A DNA stretch of 52,033 nucleotides from Bryobacter sp. GTDB lineage: Bacteria > Acidobacteriota > Terriglobia > Bryobacterales > Bryobacteraceae. A program made the position numbers and the translations under genes. The stretch spans positions 1 through 52,033 of the forward strand of contig JANXUM010000262.1 in the NCBI GenBank assembly GCA_025356215.1, read 5' to 3'. Under the pieces are notes generated by a model. It was given only the letters and a program-made list of their open reading frames with translations, was not told where the DNA came from and did not search any database. Positions 10,235-19,663 of the stretch are shown here, one piece after another (position 1 is the stretch's first letter; every line of letters starts with the position of its first letter).

Positions 10235-10636
10235 CTAGGCCGAAGGGGAGCCGCGGCTTGAAAGAGCACGCTGGTGAAACGGGGTTAGCGCTCGGTCGAC
10301 CGAAGCTTGGTAGTGGCCGGTTTTGCTTCCGTAGGTGGGCAGTTCTAATCGCAGGAATGCGGCGAGTCGGAGGAAATAGCCCTCGGTTTCGTCGTCATCT
10401 GTGGGTTCGGAGAGTTCGATCTCCTGCTCGTGGAGGTCCTCTGAGAAAAGGGTGTCGAGGGAGACAACCGGCACAGCGGCATGGATGGGCGCTTGGATCT
10501 GCCTGACGCGATCCTCAATGCCAGCGAGGCGAGCGGGAGGTTTCCCGCTGAGGAAAGCCATCGCAGCGAAAGCGAAAGCAATCAGCGCGAGGTGAACTGC
10601 GCTTTGCGTTCTGATGCTGTGGGAGCCGCCCTGCAT
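10235..10636 (-). CDS. Putative leader / arrest-peptide-like small membrane protein (start uncertain)
   Basis: TM segment VHLALIAFAFAAMAFLSG, acidic tract EDLHEQEIELSEPTDDDETEG, C-terminus LSSRGSPSA*; same strand and directly upstream of the efflux operon. Confidence 0.6.
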   Translation of the reverse strand: MQGGSHSIRTQSAVHLALIAFAFAAMAFLSGKPPARLAGIEDRVRQIQAPIHAAVPVVSLDTLFSEDLHEQEIELSEPTDDDETEGYFLRLAAFLRLELPTYGSKTGHYQASVDRALTPFHQRALSSRGSPSA

Positions 10637-10838
10637 GGCCTTAAAGTTAGCACACATGATTTCGGGCGCAAAGCGCCCCGTCATGCGGACAGACCTCGTC
10701 TTCGGTGGACTACCGTGCGCTGGTGAAACACGCGTCGAAGTTACTGGCGGAGGAGCCGACAGGTAGCCTGGATTCAACGACGAGAGAGGAGACGAGAGAG
10801 TAAGAGTCGCATCCGCCTGAGCTACTATTTCACACGGG

Positions 10839-13520
10839 TTAGGGCTTTTGCCTGGCCGCAGCCACTTCGGCGCGGAAGCGTTGTATGCGTTCTTGCAAGC
10901 CCGCGTACAGCTTGGATGGCGCTTCTCCGGGTTTGGGCGCCGGGACGCAGGAGAGCGTTTTCTCAACCGAAGCAATGGCGGGATCGTAGTCCTTGAGGCG
11001 GAGTTGGGCCTCGGCCAACAACTCCCATCCGTTTAACTCCGTTGGGGCAAACTCGGTGATCTGCTTTGCGTATGGCAGCGCGACTTTGGTGTCGTCAAAG
11101 CCGGGGTGGCGCAAGTTTAGCAAGAGGTCGGCAAGTTCGACACGGCTCAACATATCTTTGGGATTGGCGGCGGCCCGCTTCTTCAGCGCGTCGACAGTGG
11201 TGGCCAGCATCTGGTCGGCGCGGGGGTCTTTCAATTCCGAGTACGCATAAGACAGGTTGTAGCGGGCCTTAAAGCAGAACTCTTCCGCGCGTGGGAAGGG
11301 CCGGGCGGCGTAAAACGCAGTAGCCATCCGCAAGACCTGTTCATACGCGTCGCGATAAGCCAGCTTGTCGCCCAGGTCATATTGCAGGAGTCCCATGTTG
11401 GCGGTGACGGCGATCAAGTCCATCTGTGCGCCGAGGTTATCGGCGTCGGCCTTGACCAGCCCTTCAAAGATTTCGATTGCCTGCTTCATGTATCCAAGCG
11501 CTTCTCTCCCTTCGCCCATGCTGTTCAGCGCCGTGGCGCGAGAGGACAGATTGGCGGCGGTCTCGCGCCGTATGACCGATGACTGGCGATAAGCGGGCGG
11601 CATCCGCAGGCGCCACATTTCCGCCTCGCCAGCCCAGCGCAAGGCCTCTTTGGGCTTTGTCACGGAGACCCAGTTGCAACGCTCTCCGGCCAATTGCATC
11701 AAGGCCTGCAGAAGCGGACGCGATTCTGAATCCAGTTCCAGGCCCTTCTCGTAAGTGGCTTTGGCTTTTAGGGTCCAGTCTTCGCTTGTGTCGGCAAAGC
11801 CGCCGATGGAGCGGGGCGATTGGCTGGTGCGGGCCACATTCTGATAGGCCTTGCCCAGGCGTAAGTAGTTCTCGATGTTCTTAGGCTCCTGAGCAACCAG
11901 CGCCTCGTATTCCTTCACACCGGCAGCCACCTTTGCGGCAGTCTCTGGCTGAGGCGTTACCGCGTAGTCGGTGTTGTCAATGCTTGTCTGAAGCAGGGCG
12001 CGAACGCGGCGGGCGGCGAAGGAGTTGAACTTGGAAACGACAGCCAAGCCCTTGCGGTAGGCGGCGATCGCATCCTCCCATTTACCGAGAGACTGGATTG
12101 CGTAGTTACCGGTGACGTCGCCTACGCGCAGGTAGCCGAGTGCCAATTCGATAGCCAATTCCTCATTATCCAGGGACTCCGCCGACAGCGAATTGAGGTA
12201 GCGCAGGGCTTCTTCCGACATGCCAGCGCGCATCTTTGTCGTGCCATCGACGGCCAGCATCTGGTCATAAAGATCGAATAGCTGATAGCGCGCCAGACGG
12301 CGCACATCGTTGAATCTGCGCTCTGCAATTGCCTTTTCGCGGAGCGTGCCGACCAGACCGCCGACGCCGGCAACCAACACCAGCGTCGCCGCGAGCACCG
12401 CAAAGCGCTGGCGGAAGAGGAACTTGCGGGCGCGGTACCAGGCGGTGGCGGCCTGGGCCTTTACGGGGCGGGATTGGAGATAGGCTTGAAGATCTTCGCT
12501 GAACTCGCGGGCGCTGGCGTAGCGGCGCGCGGGGTCGTGATCGAGGGCCTTGGCGGCGATCACCTGGAGGTCGCCGGAGAGCTGGCGCTGAAGGTCGGTG
12601 AGACTCAGGCCGCGTTTGGCGGCGTCATCGGCATCGGTGGTTTTGCCCAAGGGCGCGGCTTCGGCGTATTGATAGGCGCGGGCGAGTTCTTGCACGACTT
12701 CGCCAGTGTTGCCGAAAGGGCGTTGGCCGCCGAGAAGCTCATAGAGAATCATGCCCAGCGAATAGACATCGCTGCGGGTGGTGATGGCGTCTTTGCGCAA
12801 TTGCTCGGGGCTGGCGTAGCGGGGGGTGAGCAGCATAACTTCGGTGACGATTTGCTCGCCGGGGGCTTTGAGCAGCTTGGCGGTGCCGAAGTCGAGGAGC
12901 TTGACCGTGCCGTCTTCGGCGACGAGGATGTTGGAGGGCTTGAGGTCGCGATGAACGATCAGATTTTGATGGGCGTGATCGACGGCGGCGCAAACCTGGA
13001 GAAAGAGGCCGATGCGCTGGCGGAGGTTGAGCTTGCGGCGGTCGCAGTATTGATCGAGCGCGACGCCTTCGACGTACTCGGTGACGAGGTAGGGTTCGCC
13101 CGAGGCGGCGATGCCGCCGTCCAGGAGGCGGACGATGTTGGGGTGGTTCATCTGCGCCAGGAGTTGGCGCTCGATGCGGAAGCGGGCTTCAAAATCGTCG
13201 CCACCCAGGTGCTGGGCGAGGACTTTGACGGCCACCTTCTGTTTGTACTGACCGTCGTCGCGCTCGGCCAAGTAGACGCTGCCCATGCCGCCGCGGCCGA
13301 GGAGCGAGACGGTCTGGTAGAAGCCGAAGCGCTGTAAGGGTGCCTCGGGAGCGGCCGCGGGGGGCGGGTGAAATTCATCCGCCGCCAGCAGTTCGCGCAC
13401 GCCGGCGATTAATTCTGCGTCGCCGCCGGTTTGCTCCAGCAGAAAGACTTCGCGCCGCTCTGCGGGCAATTGGAGGGCGGCGTGGAAGAGGGCTTCGATC
13501 TGCTGGAAGCGCTGGCTCAT
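10839..13520 (-). CDS. Hanks-type Ser/Thr protein kinase with TM segment and TPR-like C-terminal region
   Basis: GRGGMG, VAVK, HRDLKPSN, LLDFG, TPRYASPEQ, DVYSLG; TM FAVLAATLVLVAGVGGLVG; helical repeats. Confidence 0.95.
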   Translation of the reverse strand: MSQRFQQIEALFHAALQLPAERREVFLLEQTGGDAELIAGVRELLAADEFHPPPAAAPEAPLQRFGFYQTVSLLGRGGMGSVYLAERDDGQYKQKVAVKVLAQHLGGDDFEARFRIERQLLAQMNHPNIVRLLDGGIAASGEPYLVTEYVEGVALDQYCDRRKLNLRQRIGLFLQVCAAVDHAHQNLIVHRDLKPSNILVAEDGTVKLLDFGTAKLLKAPGEQIVTEVMLLTPRYASPEQLRKDAITTRSDVYSLGMILYELLGGQRPFGNTGEVVQELARAYQYAEAAPLGKTTDADDAAKRGLSLTDLQRQLSGDLQVIAAKALDHDPARRYASAREFSEDLQAYLQSRPVKAQAATAWYRARKFLFRQRFAVLAATLVLVAGVGGLVGTLREKAIAERRFNDVRRLARYQLFDLYDQMLAVDGTTKMRAGMSEEALRYLNSLSAESLDNEELAIELALGYLRVGDVTGNYAIQSLGKWEDAIAAYRKGLAVVSKFNSFAARRVRALLQTSIDNTDYAVTPQPETAAKVAAGVKEYEALVAQEPKNIENYLRLGKAYQNVARTSQSPRSIGGFADTSEDWTLKAKATYEKGLELDSESRPLLQALMQLAGERCNWVSVTKPKEALRWAGEAEMWRLRMPPAYRQSSVIRRETAANLSSRATALNSMGEGREALGYMKQAIEIFEGLVKADADNLGAQMDLIAVTANMGLLQYDLGDKLAYRDAYEQVLRMATAFYAARPFPRAEEFCFKARYNLSYAYSELKDPRADQMLATTVDALKKRAAANPKDMLSRVELADLLLNLRHPGFDDTKVALPYAKQITEFAPTELNGWELLAEAQLRLKDYDPAIASVEKTLSCVPAPKPGEAPSKLYAGLQERIQRFRAEVAAARQKP

Positions 13521-13843
13521 ATCCTCTTGAGGCGTTTCTTGAGGCTCTTGCGGAGCTTGTCGATCTCGTCAAGCTTGGCGTCGATCAGGGCGAGGGCGCG
13601 CTCGATGCTGGAGGCGTCGTCGTCAAACCAGCTCTTGATCTCCTGGAGGCTGAAGCCGACGCCGACGGCGCGCTGAGTGAGGCGGATGCGCTTGGCGTCT
13701 TCTTCTCCATAGAGGCGGTAGCCGTTGGCACCGCGCTCGGGCTTGAGGAGGCCGGCCTTTTCATAGAAACGGAGCGTCTCGCTGTTGATGCCGGTGGCCT
13801 CGGCCAGCTCGCCGCGTTTGAGTTTGGTTGGAGTTTCGGCCAT
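13517..13843 (-). CDS. MerR-family transcriptional regulator (no Cys)
   Basis: GELAEATGINSETLRFYEKAGLLKPERGANGYRLY...GFSLQEIK; 4-bp overlap with kinase start. Confidence 0.9.
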   Translation of the reverse strand: MAETPTKLKRGELAEATGINSETLRFYEKAGLLKPERGANGYRLYGEEDAKRIRLTQRAVGVGFSLQEIKSWFDDDASSIERALALIDAKLDEIDKLRKSLKKRLKRI

Positions 13844-13937
13844 CTGACGCCTATCCTAACCGGAAAGGGGCGCTAGAATGGAAGTTTGGGCCAGATTTGG
13901 CCAAAAATCCCCATAGAAATGGAGGCTCGAGCCTAAC

Positions 13938-14471
13938 TTGAGCCGTATCTCGCTCGCATTTTCCTCGTTCTTCGGGCTGCTGTTTGGCGGCCAACTTCCT
14001 GACTCTGTAATCGCCGCGCTGGGTTTGTCGCGGAGGGCGGCGGCCAAGGCCGCGCCGCCGCCGACGCCGAGCAACACAAGCGAAGGAGCCTTGCAACTGT
14101 TGTCGCTGCTGCAGCGCGACGCGCGCTTGCTGGACTTTTTGATGGAGGACGTCGCGCCTTATTCCGACGAGCAGGTGGGTGCGGCGGTGCGCAACATCCA
14201 CGAAAGTTCGCGCGCGACGCTGCAGCGATACTTGTCGCTGCAACCGGTGATCGACGGCGTGGAAGGCGCGGTGACGCAGTTATCGGCGGCCGGTGCGCTG
14301 AAGAACGATCCGGGAGCCATCAAGCTACTGGGCAAGGTGCCGGCCGATGGCCAAGTGCGCGCGGGCATTCTTCGTCACAAGGGCTGGCGTGTGGAGAAGA
14401 TTGAGCTGCCGGTTTCCCCGGCCAAGACCAATTTGAAGATTCTTGCTCCGGCTGAAATCGAAGTCGAGTAA
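13938..14471 (+). CDS. DUF2760-family protein
   Basis: GALQLLSLLQRDARLLDFLMED, YSDEQVGAAVRNIH, GILRHKGWR, terminal APAEIEVE; precedes two Hsp70-like genes. Confidence 0.85.
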   Translation: MSRISLAFSSFFGLLFGGQLPDSVIAALGLSRRAAAKAAPPPTPSNTSEGALQLLSLLQRDARLLDFLMEDVAPYSDEQVGAAVRNIHESSRATLQRYLSLQPVIDGVEGAVTQLSAAGALKNDPGAIKLLGKVPADGQVRAGILRHKGWRVEKIELPVSPAKTNLKILAPAEIEVE

Positions 14472-14477
14472 CTCGTT

Positions 14478-16223
14478 TTGGCAAAGCATACAGGCGCGGT
14501 CGGCATTGACCTAGGCACCACGAATAGCGCGCTGGCCTACAGCGACGGCGAGCGCATTGACGCGTTCGCGGTCACGCAAGCGGTGCAGCCGGGAGAAGTG
14601 CGGGCCGAGGCGCTGTTGCCCTCTTTCGCTTACATCCCTGGACCGAAGGATTTTGCCGAAGGCGCGACCGCGCTGCCTTGGGACGACGCGCCGAAGTTGG
14701 TGGTGGGGGCGCTCGCCAGACGGCGGGGCGCGGAAAACGCCGGGCGATTGGTATCGAGCGCGAAATCGTGGTTGAGCTACGCGGGGGTCGATCGGACCGA
14801 GGCGCTCTTGCCGGTGCACGCCCCCGAGGGCGTGGCGAAGATCTCGCCGGTGGCGGCATCGCGGGCTTACCTCGAACATTTGAACCAAGCATGGATGGAG
14901 ACGGGGAACCCGCCGTTGGGCGACTGCAACGTTGTGCTGACGGTGCCCGCCAGCTTTGACGCGGTAGCGCGGCAATTGACCGAACGGGCGGCCCGCGAGG
15001 CTGGCCTGAAGGACGCCGTGCTGCTGGAGGAGCCCCAGGCGGCGTTCTACGCCTGGCTGGCCAAGCACGCGGACTGGCGGGAGATTGTTGCCCCGGGTAA
15101 TCGCGTGCTGATCATCGACATTGGCGGCGGCACGACGGACTTTACGCTGATCGACGTCAAGGACCAAGGCGGCGCTTTGAGCCTGGAGCGCGTGGCGGTG
15201 GGCGACCATATTTTGCTGGGCGGCGACAATATGGATCTTGCTTTGGCCCGGCACCTTGAAGCAGAACTGGCGGCAAAGAACACGAAGCTGGACGCGCAGC
15301 AGTTGCAGGCGCTTTGGCAGCAATGCCGGGCGGCCAAAGAAGCACTTCTGGATCCGGATTCGGAGGCGACAGAGCAGCCGGTTGCGATCCTCGGGCGCGG
15401 CAGCAGCATCATTGGCGGCACGATTAAAACCAAGCTGACGCGGGTGGCCGTCGAGCAGGTGCTGGTGGAGGGCTTCTTGCCTGTGTGCGGCATCGATGAG
15501 CAGCCGCAGCGGGCCAAACGGACGGCGCTGCAAGAGATTGCCTTACCTTTTGCGAGCGACGCGCGGATCACGGCGCATCTGGCGTATTTTCTAAAGCGGG
15601 CCGGGGGCTTGCCGACGCACGTGTTGTTCAATGGCGGCGTGTTGCGCGCGGGGCTGATCCGGCAGCGTATTCTCGAGACCTTGAATGGCTGGCCGCCCCG
15701 CCCGGTGACGGTGCTGGACGGCGAAGATCTGATGCTGGCGGTGGCGCGCGGCGCGGCCTACTATGGCATGGCGCGGCAAGGCAAGGGCATCAGGATCAGG
15801 GGCGGAGTGCCGCGAACTTATTTTGTGGGTATTGAAGACGCGATGCCGGCGGTGCCCGGAATGGCCGCGCCGATGAAGGCGTTGACGGTGGTGCCGTTCG
15901 GGATGGAAGAGGGCAGCTCGCATCGTTTTGCAGGCCGCAAGTTTGGGTTGCACGTTGGGGAGCCGGTGGAATTTCGTATTTTCAGCTCAAGCGAACGAAG
16001 GGGCGACGAGGCCGGATCGCTGCTGGACCCGATGCCGCGCGAACTGAAAGAATTACCGGCAATGGAGCTGACCCTGGCCCCGACGGCGAAGACGCCGGGC
16101 GGGCTGGTGCCGGTGAATCTGGAATCGCAAGTCACAGAAACTGGAGTGCTTGAGTTGTACTGCGTCGCCGCCAACGGCGACCGCTGGAAGCTCGAGTTCA
16201 ACGTAAGAGAACGCAAGACATGA
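14478..16223 (+). CDS. Hsp70-family (DnaK-like) ATPase, atypical C-terminus
   Basis: GIDLGTTNS, TVPASFD, LLEEPQAA, DIGGGTTDF, LLGGDNMD, LFNGG, AVARGAA; ends WKLEFNVR. Confidence 0.9.
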   Translation: MAKHTGAVGIDLGTTNSALAYSDGERIDAFAVTQAVQPGEVRAEALLPSFAYIPGPKDFAEGATALPWDDAPKLVVGALARRRGAENAGRLVSSAKSWLSYAGVDRTEALLPVHAPEGVAKISPVAASRAYLEHLNQAWMETGNPPLGDCNVVLTVPASFDAVARQLTERAAREAGLKDAVLLEEPQAAFYAWLAKHADWREIVAPGNRVLIIDIGGGTTDFTLIDVKDQGGALSLERVAVGDHILLGGDNMDLALARHLEAELAAKNTKLDAQQLQALWQQCRAAKEALLDPDSEATEQPVAILGRGSSIIGGTIKTKLTRVAVEQVLVEGFLPVCGIDEQPQRAKRTALQEIALPFASDARITAHLAYFLKRAGGLPTHVLFNGGVLRAGLIRQRILETLNGWPPRPVTVLDGEDLMLAVARGAAYYGMARQGKGIRIRGGVPRTYFVGIEDAMPAVPGMAAPMKALTVVPFGMEEGSSHRFAGRKFGLHVGEPVEFRIFSSSERRGDEAGSLLDPMPRELKELPAMELTLAPTAKTPGGLVPVNLESQVTETGVLELYCVAANGDRWKLEFNVRERKT

Positions 16224-18850
16224 AGATTGGTATCGATCTAGGAACGACAAATTCGGCGCTGGCTTGGGTAGACCCGGTGGAGGCGGCCGAGGCGGACTAC
16301 ACTCCGATTCACGTATTGGAGATCGGCCAGTTTGTCGCTCAGGGCCGCAGCGAAAAGCGCAGAACGCTGCCGAGTTTTTTGTATCTGGACCAGCAGGAAT
16401 ATGTGGGTGTCTATGCGCGGGAGCAGGGCGCGCTGGTGCCGACCAAGAGCGTGTACGCGGCCAAGTCGTGGCTGAGCAACAGCGAGGTGGACCGCAACGC
16501 GAAGATCCTGCCGTGGGACGCGCAAGAGGCGGGGCGGCTCTATTCGCCGGTGGAAGCGTCGGCGAAGTATTTGGCGCATATCGCGAATGCGTGGCAGGAA
16601 TCGCAGGGGTCGCCGATCGGCGATCACGACGTCGTGTTGACGGTGCCGGCGAGCTTTGACGAAGAAGCGCGCGAGTTGACAGTGCAGGCGGCGCGGGCGG
16701 CGGGCCTAGACAAGCTGACGCTGATTGAAGAGCCGGCTGCGGCTTTCTATTCGTGGATCGCGCGGCATCTGTCGCAATCGCAGAAAAACCTGACCGACGG
16801 CATGCACGTGCTGATTGTGGACGTGGGCGGCGGCACCTCGGACTTTACGCTGATCAAGGTAAGCAGGACGGGCGACCATGTGGAGTTTACCCGCACGGCC
16901 GTGGGCAAGCATTTGCTGCTGGGCGGCGACAATCTCGACTTGACGTTGAGCTGGCTGGTGGAGACGAAGCTCAACACGCAACTGTCGCTGCGGCAGCGCA
17001 GCGCGTTGCGACGGCAGTGCGCCGCGGCCAAAGAGAAGCTGCTGGCGACGGATGGGCCGGAGTCTGTTGAGATCACGGTGCTGGGCGCGGGCAGTTCGCT
17101 GATCGGTGGAACGTTGCGGACGGAGATCACGCGGGCCGAGGTGCGGGAGCTGGCGCTCGACGGATTTTTGCCGGAGTGCGCGCTGACGGAGTTGCCGAGT
17201 GTCGATAAGAAGAGCGCATTTCGCGAGTTGGGTTTGCCTTATGTTTCAGACCCGGCGGTGACCAAGCATCTGGCGCAGTTTTTGAACGAGAGCGGCGGCG
17301 TGCGGCCGGACGCGATTCTGTTTAACGGTGGCTTCTTCATCCCCGAGATTTTGCGCGAGCGAGTGCAGAAGGTTGTCGAGAGTTGGTTTGGCAAAACGCC
17401 TCTGGTGTTTGAAAATCAGGATCTCGATTTGGCGGTGGCCCAGGGCGCCGCTTATTACGCGCATGTGCGGGGCGGCGGTCAGGGCATTCTGGTGCGTGGC
17501 GGCCTGCCGCGCGCCTACTTTATCGGCACGGGCGAGAAGCAGAGTATCTGTCTGGTGCCGCGTGGATCGGAAGAAGGCTCGACCCTGGAGCTGGACGTGC
17601 CGGGCTTGCAACTGCTGGCGAACAAGGCGGTGAGCTTTCGCTTGTTCAGTTCTCTGACGCGGACCGAGGATGTGGCGGGGCAGAGCGTTGCGGTGGAGGA
17701 CAGCTTTCACCTGCATGCGCCGTTGAACGCGGTGATCCGTTTTGGCAACCCGAGTGTGGAGCGCAATGTGCCGATCCGGTTGCGCGCGCATTTGACCGAG
17801 GTGGGGACGCTGGAGATCTTTGCGGACTCCAAGGTGAGCGAGCATTCGTGGCGCTTGCAGTTTGAATTACGGCGGCAAAGCGCGCAGAGCGTTGTGGCGC
17901 GGCCGCAGGCTTCTGTAAGCGAAGAGGCGTTGACGAAGGCTTGCGCGCTGGTGCGCAGCACCTTTGGCGCCACTGACGCCGCCGCGACGTTGCCTCCAGA
18001 AGAGTTACCGCAGAAGCTGGAACAGACGTTATCGCTCGGGCGTAATTCCTGGCCGCTGAGCGCGATTCGCAAGCTGGCGGATGTGGCGCTGGAGTGCGCG
18101 GAGGGGCGTAAGAAGTCGGCCGCGCATGAAGTGCGCTGGCTGAATCTGACCGGCTTGTGTTTGCGTCCTGGCTTTGGCGCGGCCGGGGATGACCTACGCA
18201 TTGAACAGGCGCGGCGTGTATTTTCAGCCGGCCTCGCGTTTGGCAACCAGACGCAAAACGAGATCGAGTGGTGGATTTTTTCGGGGCGCATCTCGGGCGG
18301 ATTGAATCGCAATCAGCAGCAGGATTTGTATCAACGCTTGTCGAGCGCTTTGATCCCCAAGGGCGCGAAGCCCAAGCGATTGAACACGTCGCTGCAGCGC
18401 GAGATGTGGCGTTGCGCCAGCTCGTTGGAACTGTTGCCGAACGGTACCAAGACAGAGCTGGGAAATGGTTTGCTCAAGCGCATCCGCGCCAAGGACTACA
18501 CACCGAGCGAGATGTGGTGCGTGGGGCGGCTGGGCGCGCGCAAGCTGCTGTATGGGCCGAATAACCTGGTTGTGCCAGCTACAACCGTGGCGAGGTGGAT
18601 CGATCAATTGTTGAGCATCCCCGAGGCTGCCGAGGCCGTGGCCGCGATGGCCCGGCAAACGGGAGACGCGGCGCGCGACGTCCCGCCGGCGACCGTCGAC
18701 CTGGCGCAGCGGTCATGGGCGACGCACCCCAAGCGGGCGCAGTTGGAAGCGATGCTGCAGGGCGAGGGTCAGGACGATCTGTCGGCGCTGGGCCGGGTGT
18801 TTGGCGAAGAGCTGCCCAGCGGCTTGGTGATTGCCGCGCCAACGGAATGA
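16220..18850 (+). CDS. Hsp70-family ATPase with C-terminal extension (DUF3731-like)
   Basis: GIDLGTTNS, DVGGGTSDF, LLGGDNLD; C-terminal WLNLTGLCLRPGFG, GRLGARKLLYGP, FGEELPSGL. Confidence 0.88.
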   Translation: MKIGIDLGTTNSALAWVDPVEAAEADYTPIHVLEIGQFVAQGRSEKRRTLPSFLYLDQQEYVGVYAREQGALVPTKSVYAAKSWLSNSEVDRNAKILPWDAQEAGRLYSPVEASAKYLAHIANAWQESQGSPIGDHDVVLTVPASFDEEARELTVQAARAAGLDKLTLIEEPAAAFYSWIARHLSQSQKNLTDGMHVLIVDVGGGTSDFTLIKVSRTGDHVEFTRTAVGKHLLLGGDNLDLTLSWLVETKLNTQLSLRQRSALRRQCAAAKEKLLATDGPESVEITVLGAGSSLIGGTLRTEITRAEVRELALDGFLPECALTELPSVDKKSAFRELGLPYVSDPAVTKHLAQFLNESGGVRPDAILFNGGFFIPEILRERVQKVVESWFGKTPLVFENQDLDLAVAQGAAYYAHVRGGGQGILVRGGLPRAYFIGTGEKQSICLVPRGSEEGSTLELDVPGLQLLANKAVSFRLFSSLTRTEDVAGQSVAVEDSFHLHAPLNAVIRFGNPSVERNVPIRLRAHLTEVGTLEIFADSKVSEHSWRLQFELRRQSAQSVVARPQASVSEEALTKACALVRSTFGATDAAATLPPEELPQKLEQTLSLGRNSWPLSAIRKLADVALECAEGRKKSAAHEVRWLNLTGLCLRPGFGAAGDDLRIEQARRVFSAGLAFGNQTQNEIEWWIFSGRISGGLNRNQQQDLYQRLSSALIPKGAKPKRLNTSLQREMWRCASSLELLPNGTKTELGNGLLKRIRAKDYTPSEMWCVGRLGARKLLYGPNNLVVPATTVARWIDQLLSIPEAAEAVAAMARQTGDAARDVPPATVDLAQRSWATHPKRAQLEAMLQGEGQDDLSALGRVFGEELPSGLVIAAPTE

Positions 18851-19650
18851 GAGAGCGGGAAATCATCGCCTGGATCGCCAAGCGCGCGCCCAATTTTGGC
18901 CAGGGCTTGCGAGTGGGGATCGGCGACGATTGCGCAGTTTACCGTCCGGCGGCCGGCGAGGAGTTGGTGTTCACAACGGACTTCACGATTGAGGGCCGCC
19001 ACTTCACACTACCCGACTACACGCCGCGCGAGGTTGGCTATAAGGCGCTGGCGCGAGGACTGTCGGACATTGCGGCGATGGGTGCCACGGCGCGCTTTGC
19101 GCTGGTGAGTTTGGCGGTGCCGGACGCGGATTTTGTCAAGCCGTTCTTTGGTGGGCTGTTTGGCCTGGCTCGTAAGTACGGAGTGACGATTGCGGGCGGG
19201 GATCTTTCACGGAGCGACAAGGTGCATTGCGATATTGTCGTCGCGGGAGTTGTTCCGGCGGGCAAGGCGGTGCTGCGCAGTGGGGCGAAGGCCGGGGAAA
19301 TTCTCTATGTGAGCGGGCGGTTGGGGACTTGGAAGAAGAGGCCGAAGCCGCGGCTGGATCTGGCGGGGGTGGTGCTTCGTCACGCCAGCGCTTGCATGGA
19401 CATCACCGACGGCCTATCGATGGATTTGGACCGCTTGCTGCGGGCGTCCGGCGTGACCTGCGAGATCACCGCGCCGCCGCCGGTGATGCGCGGGGCGACG
19501 ATTGACGACGCCTGGCACCGGGGGGAAGACTACGAACTGCTGGTGGCGAGCGCGAAGCGAATGCCCAAACCGTTCCATGAGATTGGGATCGTCGTCGAAG
19601 GGCGGCCCGGGTCGCCGCTGCCGCCCAAGGGCTGGGATCATTTCGGGTAA
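18847..19650 (+). CDS. thiL: Thiamine-monophosphate kinase
   Basis: GIGDDCA, EGRHF, GYKALARGLSDIAAMG, GGDLS, MDITDGL, GEDYELL, GWDHF; ATGA overlap gives start at 18847. Confidence 0.92.
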   Translation: MREREIIAWIAKRAPNFGQGLRVGIGDDCAVYRPAAGEELVFTTDFTIEGRHFTLPDYTPREVGYKALARGLSDIAAMGATARFALVSLAVPDADFVKPFFGGLFGLARKYGVTIAGGDLSRSDKVHCDIVVAGVVPAGKAVLRSGAKAGEILYVSGRLGTWKKRPKPRLDLAGVVLRHASACMDITDGLSMDLDRLLRASGVTCEITAPPPVMRGATIDDAWHRGEDYELLVASAKRMPKPFHEIGIVVEGRPGSPLPPKGWDHFG

Positions 19651-19663
19651 GCTAGGGGCGACT

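Noticed and set aside
10637-10975. N-terminal extension of the 246-aa ORF 10235-10975
   Set aside because: Overlaps the kinase 3' end in another frame and looks non-coding; a start near 10636-10684 is more plausible.
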